Shown in pieces: positions 20,971 through 31,526 of a stretch of DNA of 64,000 nucleotides. Position 1 is the first letter of the stretch. Each line of letters opens with the position of its first letter. The notes under the pieces are model-generated. The model searched no databases, was not told where the DNA came from, and saw nothing but the letters and a program-made list of their open reading frames with translations. Location of the stretch: contig CAVWLW010000004.1 of the NCBI GenBank assembly GCA_963755715.1, forward strand, positions 10,554 through 74,553, written 5' to 3'. Source of the DNA: an uncultured delta proteobacterium. Lineage in GTDB: Bacteria; Desulfobacterota; Binatia; UBA9968. Both the position numbers and the translations under genes were made by a program.

Positions 20971-21555
20971 TCAGCAAACCGGGCCTCCGAGGTTAAAAGT
21001 TTTCCTTAAATACTTTACGTAATCGGAGCCTTCGTCCTCTTTGGCCCAACGCTTCATTATAGGATCGACCTTTTTCCTATCGGGCTTTTTCCTGAATCCT
21101 ACGGTTATGGTTCCGACATGCTTATGATGTTTGTCTTCCTTTATTCTGATTGCAATATACAATTGATACATGCAACCTGCTCGCGGACCTAAGGCTTGAG
21201 CCGGACCGTATCCGTCCCGTTCTTTCTCCGAGAAGCCTTCGGTCCAATCCTTTTCCTGAATCTGCCCTGCTTTATCAGTAACGGCCTTCTCGTACGCCTT
21301 GGATCTATTACTCCGTCCAAATCGTACATCGTTGGCTTTGAATCCTTGTTCATTCTCAATTTCATCATCTTCATATGTCCCGGCCCAAACGGGGATCGCT
21401 TCCTCCGTGTTTGACCAGTTAAGTCGTGAATTAACTCTCCATACGTCGGCGCCGACTTTCCGTAAGTCATTAAAAATTTCTTTTAACCAATCGCCTCTAA
21501 TTGTCTGTCTTGCCCGTTTATCTGTCGACAAACCACTAGGTATATCAATAGCCAT
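20971..21555 (-). CDS. Hypothetical protein, possibly a stand-alone GAF-like domain
   Basis: AAGGAG RBS; first gene of the cassette. C-terminal YIAIRI...VGTITVGFRK resembles the kinase GAF segment YIPIIS...LGTLAVGSRK. Confidence 0.65.
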   Translation of the reverse strand: MAIDIPSGLSTDKRARQTIRGDWLKEIFNDLRKVGADVWRVNSRLNWSNTEEAIPVWAGTYEDDEIENEQGFKANDVRFGRSNRSKAYEKAVTDKAGQIQEKDWTEGFSEKERDGYGPAQALGPRAGCMYQLYIAIRIKEDKHHKHVGTITVGFRKKPDRKKVDPIMKRWAKEDEGSDYVKYLRKTFNLGGPVC

Positions 21556-21870
21556 AACTGTAGCTCCTTTCTATTCTATGGCCTCCACCCATAACCGGCC
21601 CTCAATATATTCGGCTACTAGAAACATTACAGCTGATCTAAAAACGCTCGACGGACGCCAACACTTCGTATTCCTAAAAGATGTAGAGAGAAGAGACTAG
21701 CAAGCTATTGGCAAACAATCTTATCATCTCGATTAATACCACAGCAGTCCATATCGTTGTCAAGGCTGCGGTGGGACGCGCCATACCAAAATTAATAAGG
21801 GCCCGTGAGGTAAAGAGGAAGGAAAACATGGAAAACGCGTCGAGTTTAGGCTATCTTTTTGTAAGCTCTA

Positions 21871-24267
21871 ATGGCTGATCCCGCTCAAAGGTCCCACGCA
21901 GTCCGCGGCTACTGCGCGCTGTGCACGGCACACTGCGCGACGGTCGCGACGGTCGAGAATGGCCGCGTGATTCGACTCGATCCGGATCATGATCATCCCA
22001 ACGGCGGCGTGATATGCATCAAAGGTAAAGCCGCGCCGGAGCTGGTCTACAATCAGGACCGGCTCGATTATCCACTCAGACGCACCCGCCCCAAAGGCGC
22101 TCCGGATCCGGGATGGCAGCGCGTCTCGTGGGACGAAGCCCTCGATGACATTGCCAGGCGCATTGTGGAAATTCGCGAGCGTCACGGCGCGAAATCCATC
22201 GCGCTTGCCAAAGGCACCAAGAGCGGCACATCCGTCGACGATGCCGAGCGCTGGCTCGGACGATTGCTTTATCTCATCGGCAGTCCGAATTGGGTGTCGA
22301 CGACGCATGTTTGCAATTGGCACAAAGATAGCGGCTTCAGTTACACCTTCGGATCGAACCTACCGACTCCCGATCTCGAGCACAGCAAGAGTTTTTTGCT
22401 CTGGGGCCATAACCCGAGCTCGACCTCGCTCATCCTTGCACATGACATCGTCCAGGCGCGCGCCCGGGGCATGAAAACAGTCGTAATCGATCCGCGCCGC
22501 ATCGGCATCGGCGCGCAAGCCGACATGCTTTTGCAACCGCGCCCAGGCACCGACGGCGCGTTGGCGCTCGCTTTAATCCATTGTTTGATGGAGGAAAGCT
22601 GGTACGACGCCGGGTTCGCGCGACAATGGACTAACGGGGTTTTTCTTTTGAACGCAGCGACGAATCGATTAGTCGCTGAATCCGAGATTTCATCGAGCGG
22701 TTCGGCTGATCGGTTCGTAGTGTGGGACGAGGCGGGCGGTCAGCCGGCGGTTTATGATCCCTCAGCTGGCAAATACGACCGTGACAGCGTGATGCCGGCG
22801 CTGTTCGGCACACGAGCACTCAAAGGAAAAAACGGCGAAGAAATATTCTGCAAGCCGGTCTTCGAGCGTCTCAGCGACATTGCCGCGCCATTTGCCCCGA
22901 ACGTTCGGAGAAAATCCATTGGGTCGCGGCCGATAAAGTTTGGCAAACAGCGCTGCTGTTAGCGCATAACCGGCCGCGTCAGTATGTACATGTGGAACGG
23001 CCTCGGCCAACATACCAATGCGACGCAAACCAGCCGCGCGGTCGCATCGCTCTATGCGCTGCTCGGTGACTTCGATCGTCCAGGCGGCAACGTGATTTTC
23101 CCCAAGGTGAAAATCAACGAGGTCGATGGCAAGGAATTTCTGCCAAAAGAGATCGCCGCCCTGCGCATCGGCCGCGAGCGCAAACCGCTCGGGCCGCCGG
23201 CCAAGCCCGGCAACTGCGCCGCCTATGACGTCTTCACGGCGATCCTCGAAGAACAGCCGTACCCGGTCAAAGCCCTGTTGAACTTCGGCTCCAACACCAT
23301 CATGTCCAACGCCGATTCGCGGCGCGGCCGTGACGCGATGAAAAAATTGGAATTCGCCGTCGCAGCAGATCTGTTCATGACGCCGACGGCGGAGCTTTGT
23401 GATTACGTGTTGCCGGCGACGAGCTTCCTGGAAATGGCGAATATCACAACCGCCTTCGAACACCGCCGCCAGGGAAAAACCCATCTGCAATATCGCCCGG
23501 CTGTCATCGAGCCTTTGGCCGAGCGGCGCTCCGACACCTGGATCATATTCGAGTTGGCGAAACGCCTGGGCTTCGGTGACAAATTCTGGAATGGCGATAT
23601 CGATGCTGCCTATGCTTACGAGTTGCAACCGAGCAGCGTCACATTAGAGCAGCTCAAAAACTCACCGGCGGGCATTTCTTTGCCGGCGGAACCAGCTTAT
23701 GAAAAACACGCGAATGTGAATAAAGAGGGAGCCAAGCGCGGCTTTGCCACACCGTCAAGAAAAGTCGAGCTTTACTGCCAGCCTTTCGCGGCCAATGGAA
23801 TTCCCGCCATGCCGGAATACGTCGAGCCCGCCGTGAGCCCGCTCAGCCGTCCCGATCTCGCGGCTAAATTCCCGCTCGTGCTGACCAACGCGAAATTCAC
23901 AACCTATATCCACAGCCAGCAGCGCGCGCTGCCGAGCCTGCGCAAAGCATCGCCCGAGCCGAGTGCCGACATTCATCCCGAGACCGCGCTCCGTTTCGGC
24001 GTGAAGAACAAAGAATGGATGATGGTGGAAAGCCCGCGCGGCGCAATAAAAGTAAAAGCGCGGGTCACGACGAATATTATTCCCGGCGTCGTCTGCTGCC
24101 AACATGGCTGGTGGCAAGCGTGCAAAGAATTGGCGCTGCCGAGTTATGATCCATACGAAATCAGCGGCGCTAATCCCGGCACGCTGATCGGCACCGACGT
24201 CGCCGATCCGGTGAGCGGCTCCCTGCCGCACCGCTCTTATCTCTGCCGCGTTCGTCCGGCGGAATAA
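21871..24267 (+). CDS. Molybdopterin (DMSO reductase family) oxidoreductase, frameshifted at about 22895-22985
   Basis: CxxCxxxC...CIKG [4Fe-4S], WGHNP, PRPGTDGAL, DYVLPA, C-terminal molydop-binding domain; no Tat signal. Confidence 0.88.
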
Positions 24268-24279
24268 AAAATCGCAGAG

Positions 24280-24883
24280 CTATAAATTGGCGGCTTTGAG
24301 ATCGGCGAGCAGCGCCGCTACAATATCCGCCAGGGCCTGGTCCCAACCTTTGATTAAAGCCTCCGGTGATTTTTCACTGAGCGGCACCGATTTTTCATAG
24401 CGCTTTTGTAAGCTGACGCCGGAAGCGGCGGCATCTTGGTTGTACAAGAAAAATTCTATTTCTAACACCGCCGCTGGCCGGCTCGGGTCACGAAAGTCGC
24501 CGTAAAGCGCGTTGATCGATCCTTCCAAGACATAATTCGGTTGCAGCGAATTCGACGGCCCGACGACATATTTGAATAATTCCGAGGCGGCGAGCCCTTT
24601 GCGCAACTCTTCGCCGATCATCGAGTCAGGAGCGATCAGAAACTGATTGTAAAAATCGGCCTCGTACGCCGCCGTCGAGGTGCGGTAGACAAAACTCCTG
24701 TCGGCGTAGCGCGGCGAGATGCGCAGACTTGCCACCGACAGGACGCGATCGCTCGTGGAATTCGGCGACTTGCCCGGCGCAAGCTCGAGCGCGAAGTAAT
24801 GCCGATCGGGATAGCTTTTTTCCAAGCTGACGCAGCCAATCAAGAAAATCATTAGCAGCAAAGCACCGCGCTGGATTAGCCAT
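24280..24883 (-). CDS. PqiC-like ABC-type transport auxiliary lipoprotein (5' end probably frameshifted)
   Basis: LIGC lipobox, YEADFYNQFLIAP, LEGSINALYGD; last gene of the mla operon. Confidence 0.8.
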
Positions 24884-25058
24884 TTAGACCCGGCGCCTAG
24901 CGGTAGAATCGCGCGCCCGCAGCGGCATCGCGCCGAGCGAACACTGACCTTATCGAAGCGGCGAGCGGACCGAACGAAAAGCGGGCGCGTGGCGCTTATC
25001 GAGGCGCGCCCGGACAAGTTTAAATGGTTTTTACGATTCACTCGTCTGCGCCGCCGGT

Positions 25059-26117
25059 TCATCGTTGCATGGCTTTCGACGGCGGCGGTGGCGCGCCGAA
25101 CAGCACCTGGGACGGATATTTTTTTGAGTTCTCGGTAATCTCTTTCATGTTCTCGGAAACCGCGCGCAAATTGTCCATGGTCTTTTCGATGTCGCGCTGT
25201 TGGTTGGCGAGCAAGCGATTCATGCGCTGGATGGTCTGACGTAGCTCAGTACTCGTCTGCGGTAAATCGTTAGCCGCCGAATCCAGGCGCTTAACTAAGC
25301 GATTCAAGCTCTCGGTCGCCTGGGGCAGATCTGTCAGCATTTGATTGATCGGCTTTTCCGCGCGCTCGATGATCTGCCGCGCCCGCCCCGCGCTTGCCGA
25401 GACGTCGGCGACGGCGGTTTTGAGCTCCGGATTGCTCACGAGAGTGTTTATTTGCCGGTTGGTTGCGCGCAACTCACTCAGCAGCGCATTGGCCTGTGCA
25501 CCGATCTTATCGAGATTGGCGTTCTCCGCAAGCTTGGTAATGGCCACGATCGACTTATCAATCGTTTGGCTGAGTTGAGCAATATCGATATCACTGAAGT
25601 TGCGCAGGATGCGCTCCACGGCCTCGCTCAACTGTGTGATCCGGCTGCGCGTTGACGGGATATAGGGATACTCGGGTTGCCAATCAATCTCCAGCGGCGG
25701 ATTCCGTTCCGGTTCCAGGTAGTCTGCTTCCAAATAGGCGACTCCGGTCAAACCTTGCGGAGCGATGCGAATGCGAAAGCCGCGATCGAGCGCCTGCTTC
25801 AGCTGTGGGCTTCTCGGGTCATTGACCGGGAACGGAAGGATGTTGGACGAGATCGACACGCGCACCAGCACATACTCACGCCTCGTCGCGTATTCCGCGC
25901 TGGTCAGCGAAATTTGTTCGACCCTGCCGACGGGTACGCCGCGAAACTTTACCGGCGAGCCGACGTCCAACCCTTGAACGGACTCGTCGATGTAGGTCTC
26001 GACGATGCTTTTTTTCTGAAAGATCGTGCCGACGCCCAGCACGACGACACCGATGATGCCGATGACGACCGCGCTGATGACAAAAATTCCGATTTTAAAG
26101 TAACTGAACTTTTCCAT
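25059..26117 (-). CDS. mlaD: MlaD/Mce-domain protein
   Basis: N-terminal TM, SVQGLDVGSPVKFRGVPVG, GLTG, long helical tail. Confidence 0.9.
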   Translation of the reverse strand: MEKFSYFKIGIFVISAVVIGIIGVVVLGVGTIFQKKSIVETYIDESVQGLDVGSPVKFRGVPVGRVEQISLTSAEYATRREYVLVRVSISSNILPFPVNDPRSPQLKQALDRGFRIRIAPQGLTGVAYLEADYLEPERNPPLEIDWQPEYPYIPSTRSRITQLSEAVERILRNFSDIDIAQLSQTIDKSIVAITKLAENANLDKIGAQANALLSELRATNRQINTLVSNPELKTAVADVSASAGRARQIIERAEKPINQMLTDLPQATESLNRLVKRLDSAANDLPQTSTELRQTIQRMNRLLANQQRDIEKTMDNLRAVSENMKEITENSKKYPSQVLFGAPPPPSKAMQR

Positions 26118-26160
26118 CGGCTAGAATGCCGGTTCCATCCGTCAACGAGCCCGGTGCGCG

Positions 26161-26934
26161 TCAATTTTCACTCGAGGCTTGGCGAAAAAAGAATTGATGA
26201 ACTCTCGGGTCGTCACTGTGATCGCGAAGCTCTTGGGGACTGCCGACCGCAACAATGCCTTTCTCTTGTTTATCCAACATAATTACCCGATCCGCAATCG
26301 TGAAGATACTCGGCAGCTCGTGGGTGACCACGATGAAAGTGATTTTCAAGCTGCGCGCCAGGCTTAAAACCAATTGATCCAGCTCCGCGGAAGTAACTGG
26401 GTCCAACCCGGCCGACAGCTCGTCGAGGAACAACATGCGCGGATCGAGCGCCATGGCGCGCGCGATAGCCCCTCTTTTCTGCATGCCGCCGCTCAGCTCC
26501 GACGGCATGCGATCCGCTACGCCGCTCAAGCCGACCCTCTCGAGCTTCATCAGCGCGATCAAGCGAATCGCTTCAGGCGGCAGGTCGGTGAATTCTTCCA
26601 GAGGCAGAGCGACGTTTTCGACCAGTGTCATGGAGCCGAACAAGGCGCCGCTTTGATACATCACGCCGAACTTTCGCAGAATCTTCAGCCGCGCCGCGCC
26701 GGAAGCCGCGGCGATATCTTCGTCGTCGATTAACACCTTGCCCGCCACGGGTTTGTAAAGCCCGATCATGTGTTTGAGCAAGGTGCTCTTCCCCGAGCCG
26801 GAGCCGCCGAGTATGGCGAGCACTTCGCCGGCGTAGACTTCGAAATTGATGTGATCCAGGACGACCTGACCGTCGTAGGCGGCCTTCAAGTCCGCCACTC
26901 GGATGATCACCTCCCGCTCGGATCCGCTCGCCAT
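26161..26934 (-). CDS. mlaF: MlaF-type ABC ATPase
   Basis: GGSGSGKST, QSGALFGSMT, LSGGMQKR, GLDP. Confidence 0.9.
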   Translation of the reverse strand: MASGSEREVIIRVADLKAAYDGQVVLDHINFEVYAGEVLAILGGSGSGKSTLLKHMIGLYKPVAGKVLIDDEDIAAASGAARLKILRKFGVMYQSGALFGSMTLVENVALPLEEFTDLPPEAIRLIALMKLERVGLSGVADRMPSELSGGMQKRGAIARAMALDPRMLFLDELSAGLDPVTSAELDQLVLSLARSLKITFIVVTHELPSIFTIADRVIMLDKQEKGIVAVGSPQELRDHSDDPRVHQFFFRQASSEN

Positions 26935-28068
26935 CTAGACTCCCAGATAATAATAAACCACCGAGAAGACGCCGTCGGTGAGCGCGATCAAGATAATGCC
27001 GCTCACGACGGCGCTGGTGGTCGATTCGCCGACCGATGCCGCGCCGGATTTGGTTTGCAAGCCGCGCTGGCAGCCGATGCCGGCGACAAGAATGCCGAAC
27101 GCGAACGATTTCACCAGACCGCCGACCAGCGATCCGTAGCTGACCGCATATTGGATCTGATGAAAATAGGTGATCAGCGGGAATCCCAACGATAACATGA
27201 CAACCGCGCCACCGATCAATCCGACCAAATCCGCGAAGATCGTCAGCAGCGGTGTCATGCACACCGCGGCGACCACCCGCGTGACGATCAAGAAGCGCAC
27301 GGGATCGAGTCCCATAGTTTTGAGCGCGTCGATCTCTTCGCGCACTTTCATCGTGCCAAGCTCCGCGGCGAACGCCGAGCCCGAGCGGCCCGCTAAAATG
27401 ATCGCGGTCATCAGCGGACCCAATTCGCGCAACATCGAAAGCCCGATCAAATTGGCGATAAAAAGCTGCGCGCCGAACTGGCGCAATGGAACGGCGGCTT
27501 GAAAAGCCATGATCAGACCCATGAGAAAACTGACCAGAGCGACGATCGGCAAAGCGTTGACTCCTGCAGCCTCGGCGACGCGCAGGGCATCGCGCCAGCG
27601 CACGCTTTGCGGATGGAGCGCCGCATACGCAAGCCCGGCGCCGAGCTCGCCGACAAAGCTCACGAGGATCTGAATGTCACGCCACACTTCGACTGTGGCT
27701 TGGCCGATTTCCTCGGCAATTCCCGGGCGCGCCGTCTCGCCGGTGACGTCCACCACCCGCGCGACGCCATCGTCGAGCAGATCCGCGAACTCCGGCCTCA
27801 GTCCATCGATGCGCAAATCGCCGTTGGCTTTGTTCTGCAAACGGCGCAGATGAACCAGCAAAGCGATCCCGGCGCCGTCGCAGTACTCGATGCCGGTCGC
27901 ATCGATCAAAACGTTTGCCACATGGGCGCCATTAACCGCGGTCGAGGCGCGCCGCCATATGCCGCCGGTGGTGCTCGAATCGAGACGGCCCGCGATAATG
28001 AGTTTCAATACGCCGTCGCTCGGTCCTTCCGAGCGTAGGTCGACATCTGTGTGTGGAGATGAGGCCAT
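26935..28068 (-). CDS. mlaE: STAS-MlaE permease fusion
   Basis: N-terminal STAS; RELGPLMTAIILAGRSGSAFAAELGTM..REEIDAL. Confidence 0.92.
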   Translation of the reverse strand: MASSPHTDVDLRSEGPSDGVLKLIIAGRLDSSTTGGIWRRASTAVNGAHVANVLIDATGIEYCDGAGIALLVHLRRLQNKANGDLRIDGLRPEFADLLDDGVARVVDVTGETARPGIAEEIGQATVEVWRDIQILVSFVGELGAGLAYAALHPQSVRWRDALRVAEAAGVNALPIVALVSFLMGLIMAFQAAVPLRQFGAQLFIANLIGLSMLRELGPLMTAIILAGRSGSAFAAELGTMKVREEIDALKTMGLDPVRFLIVTRVVAAVCMTPLLTIFADLVGLIGGAVVMLSLGFPLITYFHQIQYAVSYGSLVGGLVKSFAFGILVAGIGCQRGLQTKSGAASVGESTTSAVVSGIILIALTDGVFSVVYYYLGV

Positions 28069-28126
28069 GTCAGTGTCGAAAATTAGACGACGTTATCATT
28101 ATGCTGGGTCCAGCTTTCCGGTCAAC

Positions 28127-29443
28127 CTAAGACCGAATGGCGATCTTGCGCGGCGCGCGCACCATTACGCTCAAGATGGCGGACAACACGAGCGCGCCAA
28201 CGAAGGCGATAAAAGACAAATGATAGCTGCCGGTCACGTCGTGAACAAACCCGAAGAACGGCGCGCCGGCGGCGCCGAATGCGTAGGTGACGAAGATGCC
28301 CAGGCCGCGCACCGTACCCAGTGAGACCCGGCCGAAGTAAGTAGCCCAGATCAGCTCTTGCAGCACAAAGCTTCCACCCAAGCCGATCCCGTAGAGAAAA
28401 AAACCGACATAGATCGCCAACAGTTGACCACTCGCAATCGTGACCGCCAAGCCCAGCGCCTGGATAAGAAACATCATCGTGCTCGAATGGCGGATCTCAA
28501 TCCGCTCGCTGATAAAACCCCAGATCAAAGTGGAACCAAGCTGCGTCGAAGCGATGATCGTCAACGTGGTCGCGGCCACCATCGCACTAAAGCCAATATC
28601 GGTGACATAGGCAAACACATGGAGATTGAGACCCGCGATGCCAACGTTGGCCATGCCGTACATGAAACAGATAATCCAAAACGTGCGCGTGCCGATGATT
28701 TCGCGGCGCGACCAGACGATTTCGTCGCCGCGGCGCACGACTTCGGCCGCGCGCCTGCGCTCAGCTAGGGCGCCGGATTGCGCCGACGCATGGGCGCCGT
28801 CTGGCATCAATCCCATCTCTTCCGGGCTTCGCCGCATGAATACGGCCGCGGGAATAACGACCAGAACCAAAGTCAACAATCCGAAGACGGTCCAGGTCGA
28901 ACGCCAGCCGACCCAGACGAACAGCGTCGCCGTCACGATCGGAATCAAGACTTTGGCCAAGCCTTGACCAAGGCTTGCAATCGCAATCGCGCGCCCGCGC
29001 TTGCGCACGAACCAGCGCGAGATCGTCACGCTCACGACCATCTGGCACATCAACACCCCGCCGATGGCGACGAAGACCCAGCGCACTAACAAAAACTGCC
29101 AGAACGCGCTCGCCTGGCTGAGCAATACGAAACCGATGCCGGCCGACAACGCGCCGCCGGCCATCAGCCAACGGCCGCCGTAGCGGTCGACGAGTGGCCC
29201 GATCAGCGGCGCCAATGCGCCGGCAAGGAGGATTTCTCCCGAGCGCAGCACGGAAAACAGCCCGCGCGAAACCGCTAAGTCCTCGGTCAAGGGCTTGAGA
29301 AACACGCTCAAGGTGCTCGACATATGAAACGCGCAATTCACCTGCGCGAGAAAGCCGACGGTGACGATATACCAGCCGTAGAAAATTTTTGGTTTTTGAA
29401 TGGCAGTTGGAGTTGAGTTGTAGGAATCCAAAGGAGAAACCAA
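28127..29443 (-). CDS. MFS transporter
   Basis: FYGWYIV, GPLVDRYGGR, WFVRKRG; about 12 TM segments. Confidence 0.9.
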   Translation of the reverse strand: MVSPLDSYNSTPTAIQKPKIFYGWYIVTVGFLAQVNCAFHMSSTLSVFLKPLTEDLAVSRGLFSVLRSGEILLAGALAPLIGPLVDRYGGRWLMAGGALSAGIGFVLLSQASAFWQFLLVRWVFVAIGGVLMCQMVVSVTISRWFVRKRGRAIAIASLGQGLAKVLIPIVTATLFVWVGWRSTWTVFGLLTLVLVVIPAAVFMRRSPEEMGLMPDGAHASAQSGALAERRRAAEVVRRGDEIVWSRREIIGTRTFWIICFMYGMANVGIAGLNLHVFAYVTDIGFSAMVAATTLTIIASTQLGSTLIWGFISERIEIRHSSTMMFLIQALGLAVTIASGQLLAIYVGFFLYGIGLGGSFVLQELIWATYFGRVSLGTVRGLGIFVTYAFGAAGAPFFGFVHDVTGSYHLSFIAFVGALVLSAILSVMVRAPRKIAIRS

Positions 29444-29587
29444 CGCGACGCGAGGGTTTCAAAGTACCAAGGTTCGCCGCGCTTGTAAAAGCAAGAGCCG
29501 TCGACAGTTTGATTCCCGCGCGCCTCAGGCTATATAGGAAGGACGCGAAACCAACACACGTTCACCGGTCAAGAAAGGACGGTTGTC

Positions 29588-29937
29588 ATGACGCAAAAAG
29601 GGTTGAGGCATATTGCTCTAAAAGCCGCGATCTCAAAAAAACCGAAGAGTTCTACATCGGCGTGTTGGGTTGCAAAGTCGCTTTCCGCCATCCGCCAAGC
29701 ATGATCTTTCTGACCACTCCCGGTAGCGGCGATCTATTGAACTTTGTAAAGAGCTCCGCGCGCACATCCGGGACCCAAGGCTTGGAGCATATCGGCTTTA
29801 AGATGACCGCGGCGCAGCTCAAGAAAATGGAAAGGACCCTCAAAGAGCGAGGCGTCAAAATCGCCGACCGACGCGGCAAAGATGCCTTTTATTTTTTCGA
29901 TCCGAACGGCTATCAGATCGAATACTACTGCGACTGA
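29588..29937 (+). CDS. VOC/glyoxalase family protein (1-bp frameshift in the A run at about 29620)
   Basis: ATG 29588 gives MTQKGLRHIALK, continuing as SRDLKKTEEFY...HIGF...YFFDPNGYQIE after one added A. Confidence 0.8.
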
Positions 29938-30008
29938 TGTGGAGATTCCTGCCAGACCGGCGGAATCATGAATTTGCCCGGCCTAATGGCCATCTTTCGC
30001 GGAGCGCA

Positions 30009-31064
30009 TTAGAACAAGCTCAACTGATCTTTTGCCGGCCTGCGAAAGTGCTCCGTCGTGAGCTTCGGCCATCTTTCGCTAATACCGGACTTCTTCCGCG
30101 CTAGCTGAAACAACTTGGCCATCTGCTCGGCGTAAATCCCTTCGCCGCGCATGCGCGTCTTGAAATTCGGATCGTTGAGTTTGCCGCCGCGAATTTCGCG
30201 CACGCGGTTAAGAATCTTTTGCTTCTTGTCCGGATAATGCTGATTGAGCCACTGCTCGAACAACGACTTCACGGCAAAAGGCAAGCGCAACGCGACGTAT
30301 CCTGAAAAAGTCGCGCCCGCTTTCGCCGCCGCCAGCGCAATCGCCGGAGCTTCCGAATCGGTGAGACCTGGAATCATAGGCGCCTGCAGATAACCGACCG
30401 GCACGCCGCCTTCGGCCAGCGCCTTGATCGCCGCCAAGCGCCGCGCCGGCCGCGACGCGCGCGGTTCGAGCAACGACGACAACCTATGATCGAGCGTCGT
30501 CAGCGAAAGCGTCACGCCGACGCAGTCGTAGCGGGCGAGCTCGGAAAGAATATCAATATCGCGAGTCACCAGATGATTCTTGGTGATGATCACCACCGGA
30601 TTGCGAAAATCTAGCAGGACTTCCAAGCAGCGCCGCGTCAGTTGCCTTTTCTTTTCCGCCGGCTGGTAACAATCGGTGTTGCCGCTTAGCGCGATCAATT
30701 GCGGCTTCCAAGCGCGGCTCGACAATTGCTTACGCAACAGTTCCGGCGCGTCTTCTTTGACCATGATCTTGGTTTCGAAATCGAGGCCGGATGAAAAGCC
30801 GAGATATTCATGCGACGGCCGAGCGTAGCAATAAACGCAACCATGCTCGCATCCCCGGTACGGATTGACGCTGGTGTCGAAACCGACATCGGGGCTGTCG
30901 TTATAGGCGATGATCGATTTCGAACTATCGACAAAAAATTGGGTCTGCGGTGAAGAGATATCGTCGCTGTCCTGCGGCGGCTCGGGCACCCGCTCGATGG
31001 ATTCGAAGCGGTTCTTCGGGTTGACTGCGGCGCCGCGGCCACGCACAGGAGGCAGCGAGGTCAT
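30009..31064 (-). CDS. Radical SAM protein, PA0069/SplB-like family
   Basis: NPYRGCEHGCVYCYAR, GLDFETKI, TDCYQPAE, C-terminal QLSLF. Confidence 0.9.
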   Translation of the reverse strand: MTSLPPVRGRGAAVNPKNRFESIERVPEPPQDSDDISSPQTQFFVDSSKSIIAYNDSPDVGFDTSVNPYRGCEHGCVYCYARPSHEYLGFSSGLDFETKIMVKEDAPELLRKQLSSRAWKPQLIALSGNTDCYQPAEKKRQLTRRCLEVLLDFRNPVVIITKNHLVTRDIDILSELARYDCVGVTLSLTTLDHRLSSLLEPRASRPARRLAAIKALAEGGVPVGYLQAPMIPGLTDSEAPAIALAAAKAGATFSGYVALRLPFAVKSLFEQWLNQHYPDKKQKILNRVREIRGGKLNDPNFKTRMRGEGIYAEQMAKLFQLARKKSGISERWPKLTTEHFRRPAKDQLSLF

Positions 31065-31072
31065 ACGATACC

Positions 31073-31465
31073 CTACGAAGCGGCGGGCGGAGTCTGAGCG
31101 GGAGCAGCCGGAGCAGCGGGTTTTGCCGCAGCTGCGGCCGTCGCCAACTTCGCGTCATGCGCGAGATGGCGTGTCACTCTCTTCATTAACTTGACCTTGC
31201 GCCGGAGCTTTTTGATTTTTTTGCGATCATCGCTCGATGTTAGAAGTTCGGCTTTCTGCTTCTGCAGCGCTCGTATGTCTTGTTTGACCGCGTGAATCGC
31301 ATTCAGGTCCTTATGCGTCTCGTCGTAAGGAATCCCCTGAGCCGCCGCGATCGCTTTGATCAGCTCCTCTTTTTCCAGAGCGATGACGTTTTTAAGCTCG
31401 GTTTCCTGCTTCGCCACGTCGCGTAGTTTCGGCATCGGAAGTTTTCTGAGTTCTTTCAATTCCAT
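31073..31465 (-). CDS. Small basic protein with a Rho-N-like helical N-terminus
   Basis: L.KL...LRD.AK......V..L.KEELI.AI pattern, Lys-rich helix, Ala/Pro tail; GGGAGG RBS. Confidence 0.65.
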   Translation of the reverse strand: MELKELRKLPMPKLRDVAKQETELKNVIALEKEELIKAIAAAQGIPYDETHKDLNAIHAVKQDIRALQKQKAELLTSSDDRKKIKKLRRKVKLMKRVTRHLAHDAKLATAAAAAKPAAPAAPAQTPPAAS

Positions 31466-31526
31466 CTTCGGATCCCTCCCTTTGACAACTTAACTCCTGC
31501 TAGCATATTTAACTTGTAAAACCAAA

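Noticed and set aside
21871-24267. Acetylene hydratase or formate dehydrogenase call; programmed split
   Set aside because: CALCTAHC lacks the catalytic Asp of acetylene hydratase, and no FDH partner genes are present; the break looks like indel error.
24912-24989. 9-bp GC inverted repeat in the mlaD-pqiC gap as an ncRNA or REP
   Set aside because: All-GC stem, single copy noticed, no recognisable family features.
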